Shown here one piece after another: positions 20,995 to 32,932 of a stretch of DNA of 64,000 nt (position 1 is its first letter; each line of letters starts with the position of its first letter). The DNA is from Ochotona princeps (taxonomy: Eukaryota): assembly GCF_030435755.1 (NCBI RefSeq), contig NC_080855.1, positions 24,722,445-24,786,444 on the forward strand, in the 5' to 3' direction. Below the pieces are notes generated by a model, which made no database searches, was not told the DNA's origin, and saw only the letters and a program-made list of their open reading frames with translations. A program made the position numbers and the translations under genes.

Positions 20995-22950
20995 GGACTA
21001 GAGGACAGCGGGTGAAATCATTGTTTCTAAAATTTCCCTTTCTTCTTCCTGTATCTGGAGGAAGGGGAAAGATTAGGAAAGAAGCTGTACTCAGCATCCC
21101 AACTGCCCCAGTACCCAGGGATGGGGTACGACCACCTGATGTTATCCTGGGGTCCCCTAAGTAGAGCTGCTCCCAGGATTCTGTTCAAGTGATTTTGATG
21201 TTCTGAAATGCTGTTGATTTCATTACTCTGAGGGTGAGGATATCCTTTAAGGTCCATTCACTGAAATAGTCCACCTTAGGGTCTCCATTTGCCCAGATAT
21301 TTGCTGTCAACGCTTGCCTGCAGGAGTAGTCCAGTTTGTTTTGCCCTCCGTCTTCTGCTATGGTACCAGATGTTCTCTGCAGGCCCCAACAAACCATCAC
21401 ATCCCCCATGTGCATTTGGGCATGCCATCCACTTGTCTGTCTTAGCCACTGAGGAGGCCCAGTTCTGACACATGTACTCCATGGTCAGACCACAGATCCT
21501 ACAATTCTCCCCAAGGTTGGAGCTCTGAGTCCAGTTGTTCAGTTGGGCAGAATCCCCAAACAATCCTCATCTGAGTGGTCCCAGACCTGACTCTTGTGTG
21601 TGCTTGCCAGTATGGAGTCTGGCTCAGTCTGTCACCCACATCAGCCTACACACATACTGTTAGTTGCAATTGCTGGGTCAGTTCTGTCTCCAGCCCCATC
21701 TCGTATTAAACCAATGGATACTGTAGCCCAGCCCAACCCTACCCACCACACACTTGGCTCTCATGTACACCAGAGTGAACTGCAGCCTAGTTGGAGTGAC
21801 CCTATAACCCCCACTAGGCCTACCCGGGCCTGGTTCCTTGCCAGTATGTGCAGCAGACTGACCCAGTCTGTCCCACATCCCATTCATCTCTCTCTCTCTC
21901 TTTTTAAAAGATTTATTCATTTTATTACAGCCAGATATACACAGAGGAGGAGAGACAGAGAGGAAGATCTTCCGCCCGATGATTCACTCCCCAAGTGAGC
22001 CGCAATGGGCCGATGCGCGCCGATCCGAAGCCAGGAACCAGGAACCTCTTCCGGGTCTCCCACACAGGTGCAGGGTCCCAATGCATTGGGCTGTCCTCAA
22101 CTGCTTTCCCAGGCCACAAGCAGGGAGCTGAATGGGAAGTGGAGCTGCCAGGATTAGAACCGGAGCCCATATGGGATCCTGGGCTTTCAATGCGAGGACT
22201 TTAGCCGCTAGGCCACGCCACCGGGCCCATCCCATTCATCTCTTGCACACGTCAATGGGCATTGAAGTCTAGCTCAACCCAACTGTCCCCACTATCCAGC
22301 TGACACTTATGCTGGTAGGCCTGCCCCCAGCCCTGGTTCTCATGTTCAATAGTGGGAGTTGGAGCCCATCAGAGAGGTGCCCAGTTTCCCTACTGGACCC
22401 ACTCCCCACCCGGGATCTCATACTTCTCAGGTGGTTCTGCAGTCTAGATTGACAAGACTTGCCCCCAGTCCCAAAACTTGCCAGCTGATCCTGCAGCCAA
22501 GCCCAACCCACCTGTCCTTACTCTGGCTCATGCCTACACCAGTGGATACAATGGGTTAGTTCAGCCTGGCTCTCCCGCTAACCCAACTCACATGCAGATT
22601 AATAGGTGTTATATCCCTGTCGAGCCTGGTCTGCCCTCAGTCCCAGTTCTCATGCTCACCAGTGTGATTAGTGGCCCAGTGGTAGAGCACCCCCCACCAC
22701 AGTCTCCTACCAGGCTCATACCGCCCCCATACCAGTCTCATGTTTGACCAGTGGGTGCTGCAGCCAGTCTGGAATGGCCTGCCTCATCTTGGTATTTGCC
22801 TGTGGGTGCTGTAGCCTGGCTGGGCCTAGTCTGTCCCCAGTTCCAGCTCATGCTAGTGGGTGCCGATGTTGAGTTATCTTTTCTTGAGTTATCCCAGGGA
22901 CATCAGCAAGGAGCAAGATCAGAAGTAGAGCAGCTGGGACTTGAACCAGA
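20995..22950 (+). repeat. Composite repeat copy B (head 21000-21590 + array), interrupted by a nested C-repeat SINE at 21900-22228
   Basis: Same head-plus-array organisation as copy A. The SINE insertion is bounded by the TSD atcccattcatctct. Confidence 0.6.
21900..22228 (-). mobile_element. C-repeat SINE, antisense, nested in composite repeat B; TSD atcccattcatctct
   Basis: TSD at 21876-21890 and 22229-22243. The body is near-consensus. Confidence 0.9.
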
Positions 22951-24207
22951 GCACATGTTTACACAATGGTATTTCACTCAAAGATGCTCATCTTATAAAC
23001 ACCCTGAGCTCTGCGCTCAGCCTTTAGGGCTCCAAGAAATCAACTAGAATCCAATGAGCAGCCCAGAGGGGTCCCTCTGCCCCCTTCATCCCTCCCATGC
23101 CCTTTGCCCATAGCCGTTTCCCAGCAACCTGCACCTGCAGCTGCCCTAACACTTTCCTCCCCCTTCTCCCCACAGTGCATCACAAAACCTCCTCTCCCCG
23201 GGGGCCTGGCTCCATCTCCTCCCGGCCCCTCCACTTCAAACAAGAATCTGTCATTCTGTCTCCGGACCTCCCTGGGTGCTCCCTGAATCACTCTGTTATG
23301 GTTCTAATTACCCTGCTTGCTAATTTATCTGTTTACTTGGAGGCTTTCTCTTATGCCTTTTGCTTTATCTCTCTCTTAGTCCCAGCCCTCTTATCACACC
23401 TGGCATCAGGCAGGCCCAGAGAAGATTATTTTGTGATAAGCCAGGGAGCCCTTCCCATCTAGCACCGAGCTGTGCAGCCCCCACTCCCCAGAACCCAGTG
23501 CCTGCTGCTGCTTGGTGCCTGGCAGCCCTATGTCTCTCTTCTTCCAGGGTTTGTATTCAGGAGTTATCCTCATATTTGAGAGACAGACCGAGAGCTCCCA
23601 TGCTGGGGTTCCCTTTTCCAATTACCTGCAACAGTTTAGCCTAATCAAAACTGGGAAACTGGGAATTCTAGGCAGGTCTTCCGCGTAGGTGGAGGTGACT
23701 CAGCGGCTTCAGTCACCACGGCTTCCTCCCACAAAGGGAGGAAGGTTGGAATCCGGATGCAGATAGCAAGTCCAGGTGTTTTTATAGCCCCAGTAGCCAT
23801 GTAAGGCTCACGGTTCTGGTTCATGTTCAGAACCGGAAATCCACACAGAATAAAGTTCAGCTCAAAACAAGTTTCATTGGCAAGGGTCACTGGTCTGGTG
23901 CAGACAACAGGCCAGGGAAGTCATACCCAGGGGATGTGAGAGGTTGTTTTTATTATGGGGCTGCAATGCTGGGGTTTGAAGGGCAAAGGAATGGGCCTTA
24001 TACAGTGCTATAAGTTCCTTTTGAACACGATGAATCCACTAGTCACGGCCGAGGTGGGGGCTGCATTCTGCAGGTGCGGCCTGATCAGCCAACTTTCTCA
24101 GCTTCCCACTCCCTAAGGCTGGGTTTTCTTTCATTTCTTATTTATAATTCCTTCAGAGAAACTCTGCATTGGGAAGAATGCTGGGCATAAATATAGACTT
24201 TATTGGG

Positions 24208-24532
24208 CCTGGCACAATTGGCTCAATCGGCTCATCCTTCCTTGCAAGTACTGGGATCCCACAGAGGCACCAGTTCATATCCCAGCTACTCTACTTCCCA
24301 TCCAGCTCCCTGCTGGTAGCCAGGGAAAGCAGTAGAGGATGGGCCAAAGCCTTGGGCCCTGCACTCACATGGGAGACCCCAAAAGAAGCTCCTGGCTCCT
24401 GGCTTCAGATCAGCTCAGTTCTGGCTGTTTTAGTCATTTGGGGAGTAAGTCAGTGGATGAATGATCCTTCTCTGTCTGCCTCACCTTCTCTCTGTAAATC
24501 TGACCTTTCAATAAAAACACTTACTTAGAAAG
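24208..24532 (+). mobile_element. C-repeat SINE, sense
   Basis: …cccagctactctacttcccatccagctccctgctggtagccagggaaagcagtagaggatgggccaaagcc…. Confidence 0.8.
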
Positions 24533-24539
24533 ACAGAAA

Positions 24540-24845
24540 CTATTTATTTATTTGAAAGGCAGAGTTACGGAGGGAGAGGAAGAGACAGAGAGATCTTCCA
24601 TCTGCTGGTTCATTCCCCAATTGGCCGCAAGAGCCAAATCTGGACCTGGCTGAAGCCATGAGCCAGGAGCTTCTTCTATTGGATTCAGGAGTGCAAGTAC
24701 TTGGGCCATCCTCTGTTGCTTTCCCTAACATGTTAGCAGGGAGCTGGACTGGAAGCGGAGCAGCTAGGTCTCAAACCCTCCCCACATGGGATATTGGCAT
24801 CACAGGTGGTGGCTTAACATGTTATGCCAAAGTGCTAGGCCCCAT
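24540..24845 (-). mobile_element. C-repeat SINE, antisense (variant subfamily)
   Basis: …ggttcattccccaattggccgcaagagcc…gagtgcaagtacttgggccatcc. Confidence 0.7.
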
Positions 24846-25959
24846 GAGGCTTAATTTTTCACAGGTCCTCTGTTGCCAGTTTCAGTCTGAACACCCACAC
24901 CAAGGTGGCCCCAGTGGCTCAGCCTCCGGGGCGGGCCAGGCGCCTGGCTGTGTCTCACTGTGGCAGGTGGGACCATGGGATGGGGGGCAGAGGGCAGGAG
25001 AAAATAGTCACTTGGTGATTTAGCAAGCAGGGACACTAAGAGCCAAGCTGGGCTATTTTTGGTTTTGGTTTGTTTTTGTTCCACTTTTAGTACATGTGCT
25101 GCCAAAGCAAGCACTTGTTCTGTTTTTGATTTGAGAGGCAGAGAGGGAGAGAGTGCACTCACTGGTTCATACACCCAGATGCCTGTAGCTGCCAGAGCTG
25201 CTGAGTTCGGCAGAGCCCAGGCTCTGGGAGTCCAGGGTAGGTCTGCCATGAAGGTGGCAAGGAGCCAACCGCCTGAACCATGCCCTCTGTCATGGCTGGC
25301 AGCAGTGGCAGGCAGCTAGAGTCACCGTGACACTGTTGTCTTATCCACCATGCGTGTCTTTGGGCTAACTCCGTCTATGACAGCCCACTCCAGCAGGAAC
25401 TAACCAGGGTTGCACAGACCCCTTCCTAAGGCAGTGACCCAGCCACCTGCTGCTAGGAGGATGCCACGTGGAGTGGCATCTGGTGCGGTGGGTACATGCT
25501 GCTTGGGACTCCCACTTGCCCGGTGGCGTGCCTGAGCTGGATCCCTGCCACCCCTGTGGGAGCCCTGGCTGGAGTTTCCACTTCCCAGTCCTGGCCTGGT
25601 CCAGCCACAGCTGTTTCTCTTTCTCTTTTTTTTCTTTCAATAAATATAATTAAGTAAATGAGATCACCACACCAAGAATCAAGTAAGCCAAGGATTGGCA
25701 CATGGACCTTTGAGGAAGTCCCAAAAGCTCAACATGATTAGGGGTGGCTGTGCTCCACACGCTGGGGACGACTTTCATGCAGACCATGGCAGAGATGGGG
25801 AAGCCAACAATGCGGGGGCTGCAGGGCTTGGCAACAGCAGAGCGACACAAAGTACAGGTCACTTCCCAGGGTTCAGGAGTTGTGCAGGGGTAAATGTGTG
25901 GAGAAGCTGGGGAGTGACCTCGACTCTCCCACTGAATGTAGTTCCCTGCAGCTGAAACT

Positions 25960-26230
25960 GTGGCACGGCAGCTTATGCCAACACTCAGGGTGTTGGTGTC
26001 CTGTATTGGAGCGCTGCTCCTAGTCCTGGCTTTTCTGTTCCCAGCACAGCTCTCTGCTAAGGCCCCTGGGAAAGCAGCAGAGAATGCCCCAAGTGCTCCC
26101 TTGTGGGAGACCCGGATGGAGTGCTGGGCTTCACTTGCACCGCTCCAGCCATTGTAGCCATCCAACCAACAGGTACAGGAGCTGTCTCCAGCTCTCTCTC
26201 CCTCCATCACTCTGCTGTTTAAAAAAAAAA
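25960..26230 (+). mobile_element. C-repeat-like SINE, sense, divergent
   Basis: …cccctgggaaagcagcagagaatgccccaagtgctcccttgtgggagacccggatggag…. Confidence 0.5.
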
Positions 26231-26239
26231 TTTTTTTTT

Positions 26240-26530
26240 AAGTTGGTTTAGTTTGATTGGCAAAGCAGATTCACAGGGAGAAGGAGAGACAGAAAAATCT
26301 TCCATCCACTGATTCACTCCCCAAATGGCCACAATGGCCAGAGCTGAGCTGAGCTGAGCTGAGCTGAAGCCAGGAGCCAAGAGTTTCTTCTGGGTCTCTC
26401 ACACAAGTGCAGAGTTAGATTATCCTCCTTATACTTTCCCAGGCCATAAGCAGGGAGCTGGATGGGAAGTGGAGCAACTGGGACACGAACCCATAGGGAT
26501 GCTGGTGCTTGCAGGCACCATCCCCCAAAT
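26240..26530 (-). mobile_element. C-repeat SINE, antisense, with internal (GAGCT)5
   Basis: …ctgattcactccccaaatggccacaatggccagagctgagctgagctgagctgagctgaagccagg…. Confidence 0.75.
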
Positions 26531-26556
26531 AAAATAAATTTAAAAAATAAAACAGG

Positions 26557-26860
26557 GCCTGGTGTAGTAGCCTAGTAGCTAAAATCTTCACCTTGCACAC
26601 TCTGGGATCTCATATGGGCTCAGTTTGTATACTGGCAGTCCCACTTTCCATCCAGCTCCTTGCCTGTGGCCTGGAAAAGCAATCAAGGATTGCCCAAAGC
26701 CTTGAGACCCTGCACCCGCGTGGAAGACCTGGAAGAAGTTCCTGGCTCCTGGCTTCGGATTGGCTCAGCTCCAGTCTTTTGAGGCTACTTGGGGAGTGAA
26801 CCAAGAGACGAAAGATCTTTCTATGTGTCTGCTTTTCTAATAAATAAATCTTTTTTTTAA
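26557..26860 (+). mobile_element. C-repeat SINE, sense
   Basis: …gtcccactttccatccagctccttgcctgtggcctggaaaagcaatcaaggattgcccaaagccttgagaccc…. Confidence 0.8.
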
Positions 26861-28009
26861 GCAAGAGAATTATCTCTCTAGCTGTATGGACCATTTCCTT
26901 GATGCTCCTCTTGTTGTCAGCAGTCAGTTTGTTCAAAGTGAACAGAAAAGGCGAGGGTTGGTTAACCTCAGAGAAAAATAGAATGCAGAGGAACTCGCCG
27001 TTAAGTTCAGCACCAGACCCTTATCAAGTCTGTGGGTGATAAAAAGTAACAGATCAAATGTTCACAAGATTACAGGTCGCATCGTCTGAGTTGTTAAAAT
27101 ATATATATAAATTCTCCATTAATTAAATAATTTAAAAAGGAAAGATGAGAGAGAAAGAGGTAAGAAAAGGCAGGCTGACCGAAGCGGTGTGGTGTGCTGG
27201 TCCCAGGCACAGGCCGGCTGGAGTCCAGCAGCTGTGTGCTGGATGCCTTGGCCAAGTAGATGCACCTCTCTGGTTCCTCCTCTTGAAACACAACAAGAAG
27301 GAAAGAAACAAATGGTGACGGCTCTATCGACGTCTTAATGTCTTAGCAGGGCTGTGGCTTGGAGAATCAGCGGGAGTAAAGCTCAGAATAGTCTAGTGGG
27401 CGCTGAGGTGTCCCTGTGCAACTCCAGCAGGCACAAGGAAACACAACGCTTCCAGTCCTGATGAGCGGCACCATCCAACAGAAAATTCTTCATAATTCCT
27501 TGTGATTTATTGTTGTTTTATTTTCATTTTATTTGAACGAATGTCAGAAGGAGAAAGATGCACAGAGAGAGAGAATGTGTGTACCATCTACTGGTACACT
27601 CCCCTCCTGCCTGCGCCAGTCAGGGCCTGGAGCCCGGAGTACCATCCAGCTCTCCAACCTGGAGGGGAGGGACCCAGGTACATGAGCTGCTGCCTCCTAG
27701 GGGACACATTAGCGGGAGTTAAAATCAACATCTGGGACTTGAGCGCAGGCCCCTTGGGCCACCCAATGGCATGTTCACTGCTGCGCAAAAGGCCAATGTT
27801 TTAGTTATAAAGCTAAAGGATCCAGTCCCAGCACTGCATTTTCTTCTCTCCCTGCTTTATCAGCTACTCTGTTGACCAATGAAGGCCTAGTACAGCTCCA
27901 CCAAAAGCCAGAATCACGTATTCTATCTTCCTTGGTGCTTCTCAACTTTACTGATTAGAGTATGCATCTGAATCTGTATCTTGTCTTTTGATCAGCACTC
28001 TTCATGTCT

Positions 28010-28285
28010 ACTCGTTTTGCAACAGACTAAGGACAAGGCTGAAGCCAGGAGCCAGGAAGTCCACCTGGGTGGCAGGAGGCCCAAGCCCTCAGACCATCTG
28101 TCATCTGCTTGGATTGGAAATACAGCAGCAGAGACTCAAACCGAACCATCTTTTGCTGCTTCCCTAGGCCACAAGTAAGGAGTTGGACCAGAAGTGGAGC
28201 AGCTGGGACTAGAATCCGTGCCCCTATGGGATACTGACACCAGGGGCAGAGGGTTGGCCTGATATGCTACAGCAGTGGCCCTTCG
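28010..28285 (-). mobile_element. C-repeat-like SINE, antisense, divergent
   Basis: …gaagccaggagccaggaag…ggaagtggagcagctgggactagaatccgtgcccctatgggatac. Confidence 0.5.
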
Positions 28286-28384
28286 CAGTTCAGAAGAAGG
28301 AGGTGCAGGAGGTCTCATTGCTGCAGGGTGAGTTCCAGGCACAGCAGCAGGGCAGGTGGAAGAACTTAATTGTAAATGTAGCTA

Positions 28385-28660
28385 CTTGGTGCTAACAGCG
28401 GTTCAGCAAGGTAATCCTCTGCCTGCAGTAATGGCATCTCATGTGGGCTTAGATTCAAGTCCCAGTCACTCCATTTTTCAATCCAGCTCCATGCTGGTGG
28501 TCTGGGAAAACCTTGGGACCCTGCATCCACATGGAAGACCCAGAAGGTCCTGACTCAGTTCCAGCTACTGTGGCCATTTGGGAAGTGAATCAGTGGAAGG
28601 AGGATCTCTCTCGCTGTAAAATCTGCCTTTCAAATAAATGTTTTTTTTCTGAAGAATTGG
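28385..28660 (+). mobile_element. C-repeat SINE, sense, divergent
   Basis: …cagtcactccatttttcaatccagctccatgctggtggtctgggaaaaccttgggaccc…. Confidence 0.65.
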
Positions 28661-29724
28661 CTACCCTGCAGCTAGCTTTGTGCCTGGTCACCTATGAAGA
28701 CACCACTTAAGGTACTTGTGGCCCCCACTGGAATTCTGCTCCATCTCCTGATTCCAGCTCCTGCAGGTACATTTCCCTCCGGGAAGCAGCGGTGATGGCT
28801 CCAGCCACTGGGTTCTTTCTTGCCATGTAGGGGCACCTAGTTTAGGTTCCCAGATCTCAGCTTCAGCTGGAAGTAGGAGGGCAGATCTCTCTCTGCCTCT
28901 TAAAAAAAAAAAAAAATCGGTCAACTTGCACTTCCTCCTAGTGCCAGGTACATCCATAAAGATAAAGGCTGAAAAATTGTCAGGGACTTGGAATCTGGCC
29001 CAGATGTGTAGTGTGGCTTATGGGAAAAGGCTTGGTAAGTACCCTAAAAATTAAAAAGTGATGGGAGTATGAGCTGAAACTGCTATGGTGATAAATACAG
29101 TTACTGTGATCTTAAAGGCTAGACTGTCCTTGAAACTCTTTGAAGCATGGAGAATGTATCTGTTTTAGTCGTTTTTATGATTTTTGGCTAGAGGAATTTT
29201 AGGATGCTTTTATTAATAGATATGCTTTTAATTATTGTTTGCTTGCTTATGGGGCTGTAGGGGGTGTAATTGTAGGGGAATTTGTAACTTTTGTCTTGGA
29301 TCTTTATGTTTTTTTCCCTTGTGACATATTTTTCCCATTATGTGATGGGTAAATTGTAGAAATAGAAATGTAGTAGGAATATATTACTGATTAGCAGGTA
29401 ATCACATGTGCCTTGGCCTTGGAGTCCTGGCTGTTGCTCCATGGCTACTACTGAAGAATGAACAACGGCTTGCTTCGAAGAATATGAATACAGTATTTTG
29501 CAGAATTATCTTTAGAGGCACCTGTTTAACCATGAAGTAACAAACACAATGACCAAATGTCTGCATGCCCCCTTTATCATGAAGTAAAAATAGAACAATT
29601 AAATGTTTGTGCAGAAGCTTGTGATGTGGCTGGGTAAATTAAAAAGGGACAGCTTCTTGATCTATTGGCAGAGGGCACCCAGTAACAGTATCTGTGTCTC
29701 TTCTTTCTGCCGAGTCCACACACC

Positions 29725-29965
29725 CTTCTCAAGCTCCGAACTCAGCTGGAGCTGGTCTCTACCACCAATCCAAAGTCAGGATCCAGGAGTTTCTCCCAGA
29801 TCTCCCACATGGGTTCAGAGACTCAAGGCCTTGGATTATCCTCCACTGCTTTCCAAAGTCATAAGCAGGGAGCTGTGTGGCAAGTGGAGAAGCTGGGACT
29901 ACCATATGGAATGCTGGTTCTGTAAGTGGAGGATTAGCTTGCAGCGCTATGGTGCTGGCCCCCAA
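29725..29965 (-). mobile_element. C-repeat SINE, antisense
   Basis: …ccaaagtcaggatccaggag…tcataagcagggagctgtgtggcaagtggag. Confidence 0.65.
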
Positions 29966-30017
29966 TTTTGTTGATTTCTTAAAGAAACATTTTAATCAGG
30001 AAAACTATAAGCTTGTG

Positions 30018-30350
30018 GGGCCCAGCACAATGTCTCAGTAGCTAAATCATCACCTTGCATGTGCTGGGATCCCATATGAGAGCTGGTTGGTATTGTGGTG
30101 GCTCCACTTCCCATCCAGCTCCCTGCTTGTGGCCTGGGAAAAGAGTGAAGGACGGCCCGCAGTCTTAGGATCCTCTACCTGCATGGGGGACCCGGAAGAA
30201 GCTCCTGGCTTTGGATTGTCTCAGCTCCGGCCACTGCAGCTACTTGAAATGTGAATCAGCAGACCAAAGACCTCTCTCTCTGTATTTTCTCCTCTCTATA
30301 AATCTGCCTTGCCAATAAATATAAATAAATCTTTAAGAAAAAAAAAATCA
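30018..30350 (+). mobile_element. C-repeat SINE, sense
   Basis: ggggcccagcacaatgtctcagtagc…ggtggctccacttcccatccagctccctgcttgtggcctgggaaaagagtgaaggacggccc. Confidence 0.85.
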
Positions 30351-31239
30351 AACGTGTCCTTTTATAGTAAAACCACATAGAACTACTGCCAGGTGCACAT
30401 TTGGCCTGTGGTAGCACAGCAGGCTCTATTGTAAGGCTGTATTCCCATAAGGGGTCCATGTGCATCCTGGGGCTTGGCAGCCTCAGGGCTCCCTCGCAGC
30501 CTGCAGCCTGCCCTCCTTCTTGCTCTTCCTGGAAGCCACCGGGACAAAGCTGAGTCAGGCTGTCCTGTGACCATCTTTTTTTTTTTTCCAGACTCTAAGT
30601 GTGTCAGCCTATTTTTACAGGCACGTTAGATGGCGGTCATTTTGCTAAAAGGGTATGCAGGCCTGTTACGAGCTGTGTGGCATGCCAGCAGCTTGCTCGA
30701 CCTGGTTTTTTATCATTCTGCTCCCCCTCCCATGCATACACACATACATGTGCCTGTGCGCGCATGCACACACACAAGTGGGTAGTGTGACCTCAGGCAC
30801 ATTTTCTTTCTTTAAGCCTCTTATTTGTCATCTGCTGCTAAATGAGTCAAACTAGATCATTTCTGGAAGGTTTCTGGATTCCAGGCACTGAGGACATGTC
30901 ATTACACTCCGCACCCAGCCTCCCCGGAGTTGCAGCAGCTGGCCTTAAGAACAGCTCCCACTGATGGTGGGGGCTTGGAGCCCGGCCCGGGCCTTCTCCA
31001 TGCCCCGGACCCTCACCAATGGACTGATGTCCTTGCTACTCAAGCCTTACCTGGCAGGTATGTGGGGCCTTCAGAAAGTTCACAAAAAATGTAATTCAAC
31101 TGTAAGTTAGTTTTGGTGCCAAAAAAAAAAAAACAAAAAAACGGAAAGTCACGCACAGAGAATCTTCTAAAACTTCACGGAGAATGTGTGTGGTTGAAAA
31201 GCAAGGCATCCATTTCTTTTTTAAAAGAAGGTTACTTGT

Positions 31240-31495
31240 TGGGGGTCAGTTCGATGACCCAACTGGCTAACCATCCACCTACAAGCTCCTGCATCCCAAA
31301 GGGGCGCCAGTTCATGTCCCAGCTGCTCCACTTCCCATCCTGCTTTCTGCTCGTGGCTTGGGAAACCAATGGAGGATGGCCCAAGGACTTGAGACCCTGT
31401 ACCGGTTATGGCCATCTGGGGAGTGAACCAGAGAATGCAAGCTCTTTCTCTCTGCCGTTCCTTCTGTCTGCAAAATTAATTTTTAAAAATAAAAG
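31240..31495 (+). mobile_element. C-repeat SINE, sense
   Basis: …cccagctgctccacttcccatcctgctttctgctcgtggcttgggaaaccaatggaggatggcccaagg. Confidence 0.75.
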
Positions 31496-31496
31496 A

Positions 31497-31830
31497 TGTA
31501 TTTATTTTACTTGAAAGGCATAGTTACAAGGGGTGAGGAGGATGAGACACAGAGAGGTCTTTTGTCTGCTGGTCCACTCCACAGGTGGCCACAGCAGCCA
31601 GAGCTGAGTCAGGCTGGAACCTGCAGCCAGGAATTTCTTCCGGGTCTCCTGTGTGGGTGCAGGGGCCCAAACCTTGAGCCATTCTCTGCTGCTTTCCTAG
31701 GCACAAATGCCAGGCACTAGAACAGTGTAGCAGCCAGGACAAAAACTCTCAAGTCTGGAACCCAAAGCCTATATGGAATGCAGGCACTGCAAGCTGCAGC
31801 TTAACCCACAGACCACAACACCAATCCCAC
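31497..31830 (-). mobile_element. C-repeat SINE, antisense
   Basis: …ggtccactccacaggtggccacagcagccagagctgag…gtgggtgcaggggcccaaaccttgagcc. Confidence 0.7.
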
Positions 31831-32932
31831 CAATGCTTCTTTTCATTTCATTTTCCCATGAATTATTTGAAGTGCCCTTGAACTTTTCAACCACCGTGGG
31901 GTTAAGTGTTCTGAAGGGACAAGGAGTTCTAGGGCGGGGTCTCAGTGTGAAGGTGCTGGTTCCTACAGGAGCAGGGGGGCTCAGGCATCCTGCAGGAGGC
32001 AGTGGGTCCTCTGGGGCTGGAATGGGTTCTCGGTCCTCTCTCTTTTGGGCATGGGGGAAGGGGAGAACATTCTGGGTCCTAGGGTGGCTAAGGGTGAGGC
32101 CAAGCCCACAGGCTCCACCCTCCCCAGGAAATATGTCCTCACCACAGTGACCACATCCCCCCAGGTCGCCCTGGAGACGCTCCAGGGGACGGGGCAGTGG
32201 GCGCAGTTGCTTGGCAACAGGTGGTGTCCTCCCTTCCGCCTTTTGGGTGCTGGGCAGACCAAGGCCCTGCGCCTCCCAGCATGCACAGGGCAGGGCGACT
32301 CAGAAAGAAAGACAGCGCGGAGTGTGGCACTGATCTGCTGGGAGGTGAGGGTCGCAGGAGGGCCCTGTGGATGGGGAGATGAGGGGATGGGGGAGATGGA
32401 GGGTGTGGGGAACACAGCTACAGGCTGGGCAGGGACAGGCAAGAAAGACAGAGGCGGGTCAAGGCCAGGGCACAGCGGGAGGGTTAAGAGGTGCAGGCCT
32501 GGCAGCTGCTACCGATGGACATGGTGACCAGTTACGTGGAGCCTCCAGAAACGGGGCCACCCCCCAGTATTTGGGGGTATAAGGAGCTCCCACTGGGGGA
32601 GCCCCCACAAAGGCCTGAGAGGAAAAATTGTTTTCATTTCCTCTTTCTCCACTTCCTCCCCAAGTCGCAGCAGGAAGCAAGGGGGCTTGGGACGGGAGGA
32701 AAGAAACCCTGGGGCTTGGAGTTGGTGTGAGGGAAGTGGGTCTAGAGGAGGAGCTCTGCCCCCCAACACCTTACTGGCTCCTGGGTCCCTTGTCCTTGAA
32801 CCATAGTCCAAATCTCTGCGGCCCCTGTCTGCCTCCAGCTTTCTGGGACACCTCCACCCCTCTGGATTGGACCAGACCAGCCCCCACCTCACCAGCTTTT
32901 CTCCCCGCCTGGGCCCCATCTCCTTCCCCCAG

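Noticed and set aside
23640-24200. Unique AT-moderate segment with LTR-like feel (…tgtgagaggttgtttttattatggggctgcaatgc…)
   Set aside because: It could be an old LTR/MaLR fragment, but I cannot assign it to a family or find a second copy in the window. Left unannotated.
25650-26210. 186-aa minus-strand ORF (MMEGERAGDSSCTCW…)
   Set aside because: It partly overlaps a divergent SINE, has no splice context and no recognisable homology or domain pattern. Most likely a chance ORF in GC-moderate sequence.
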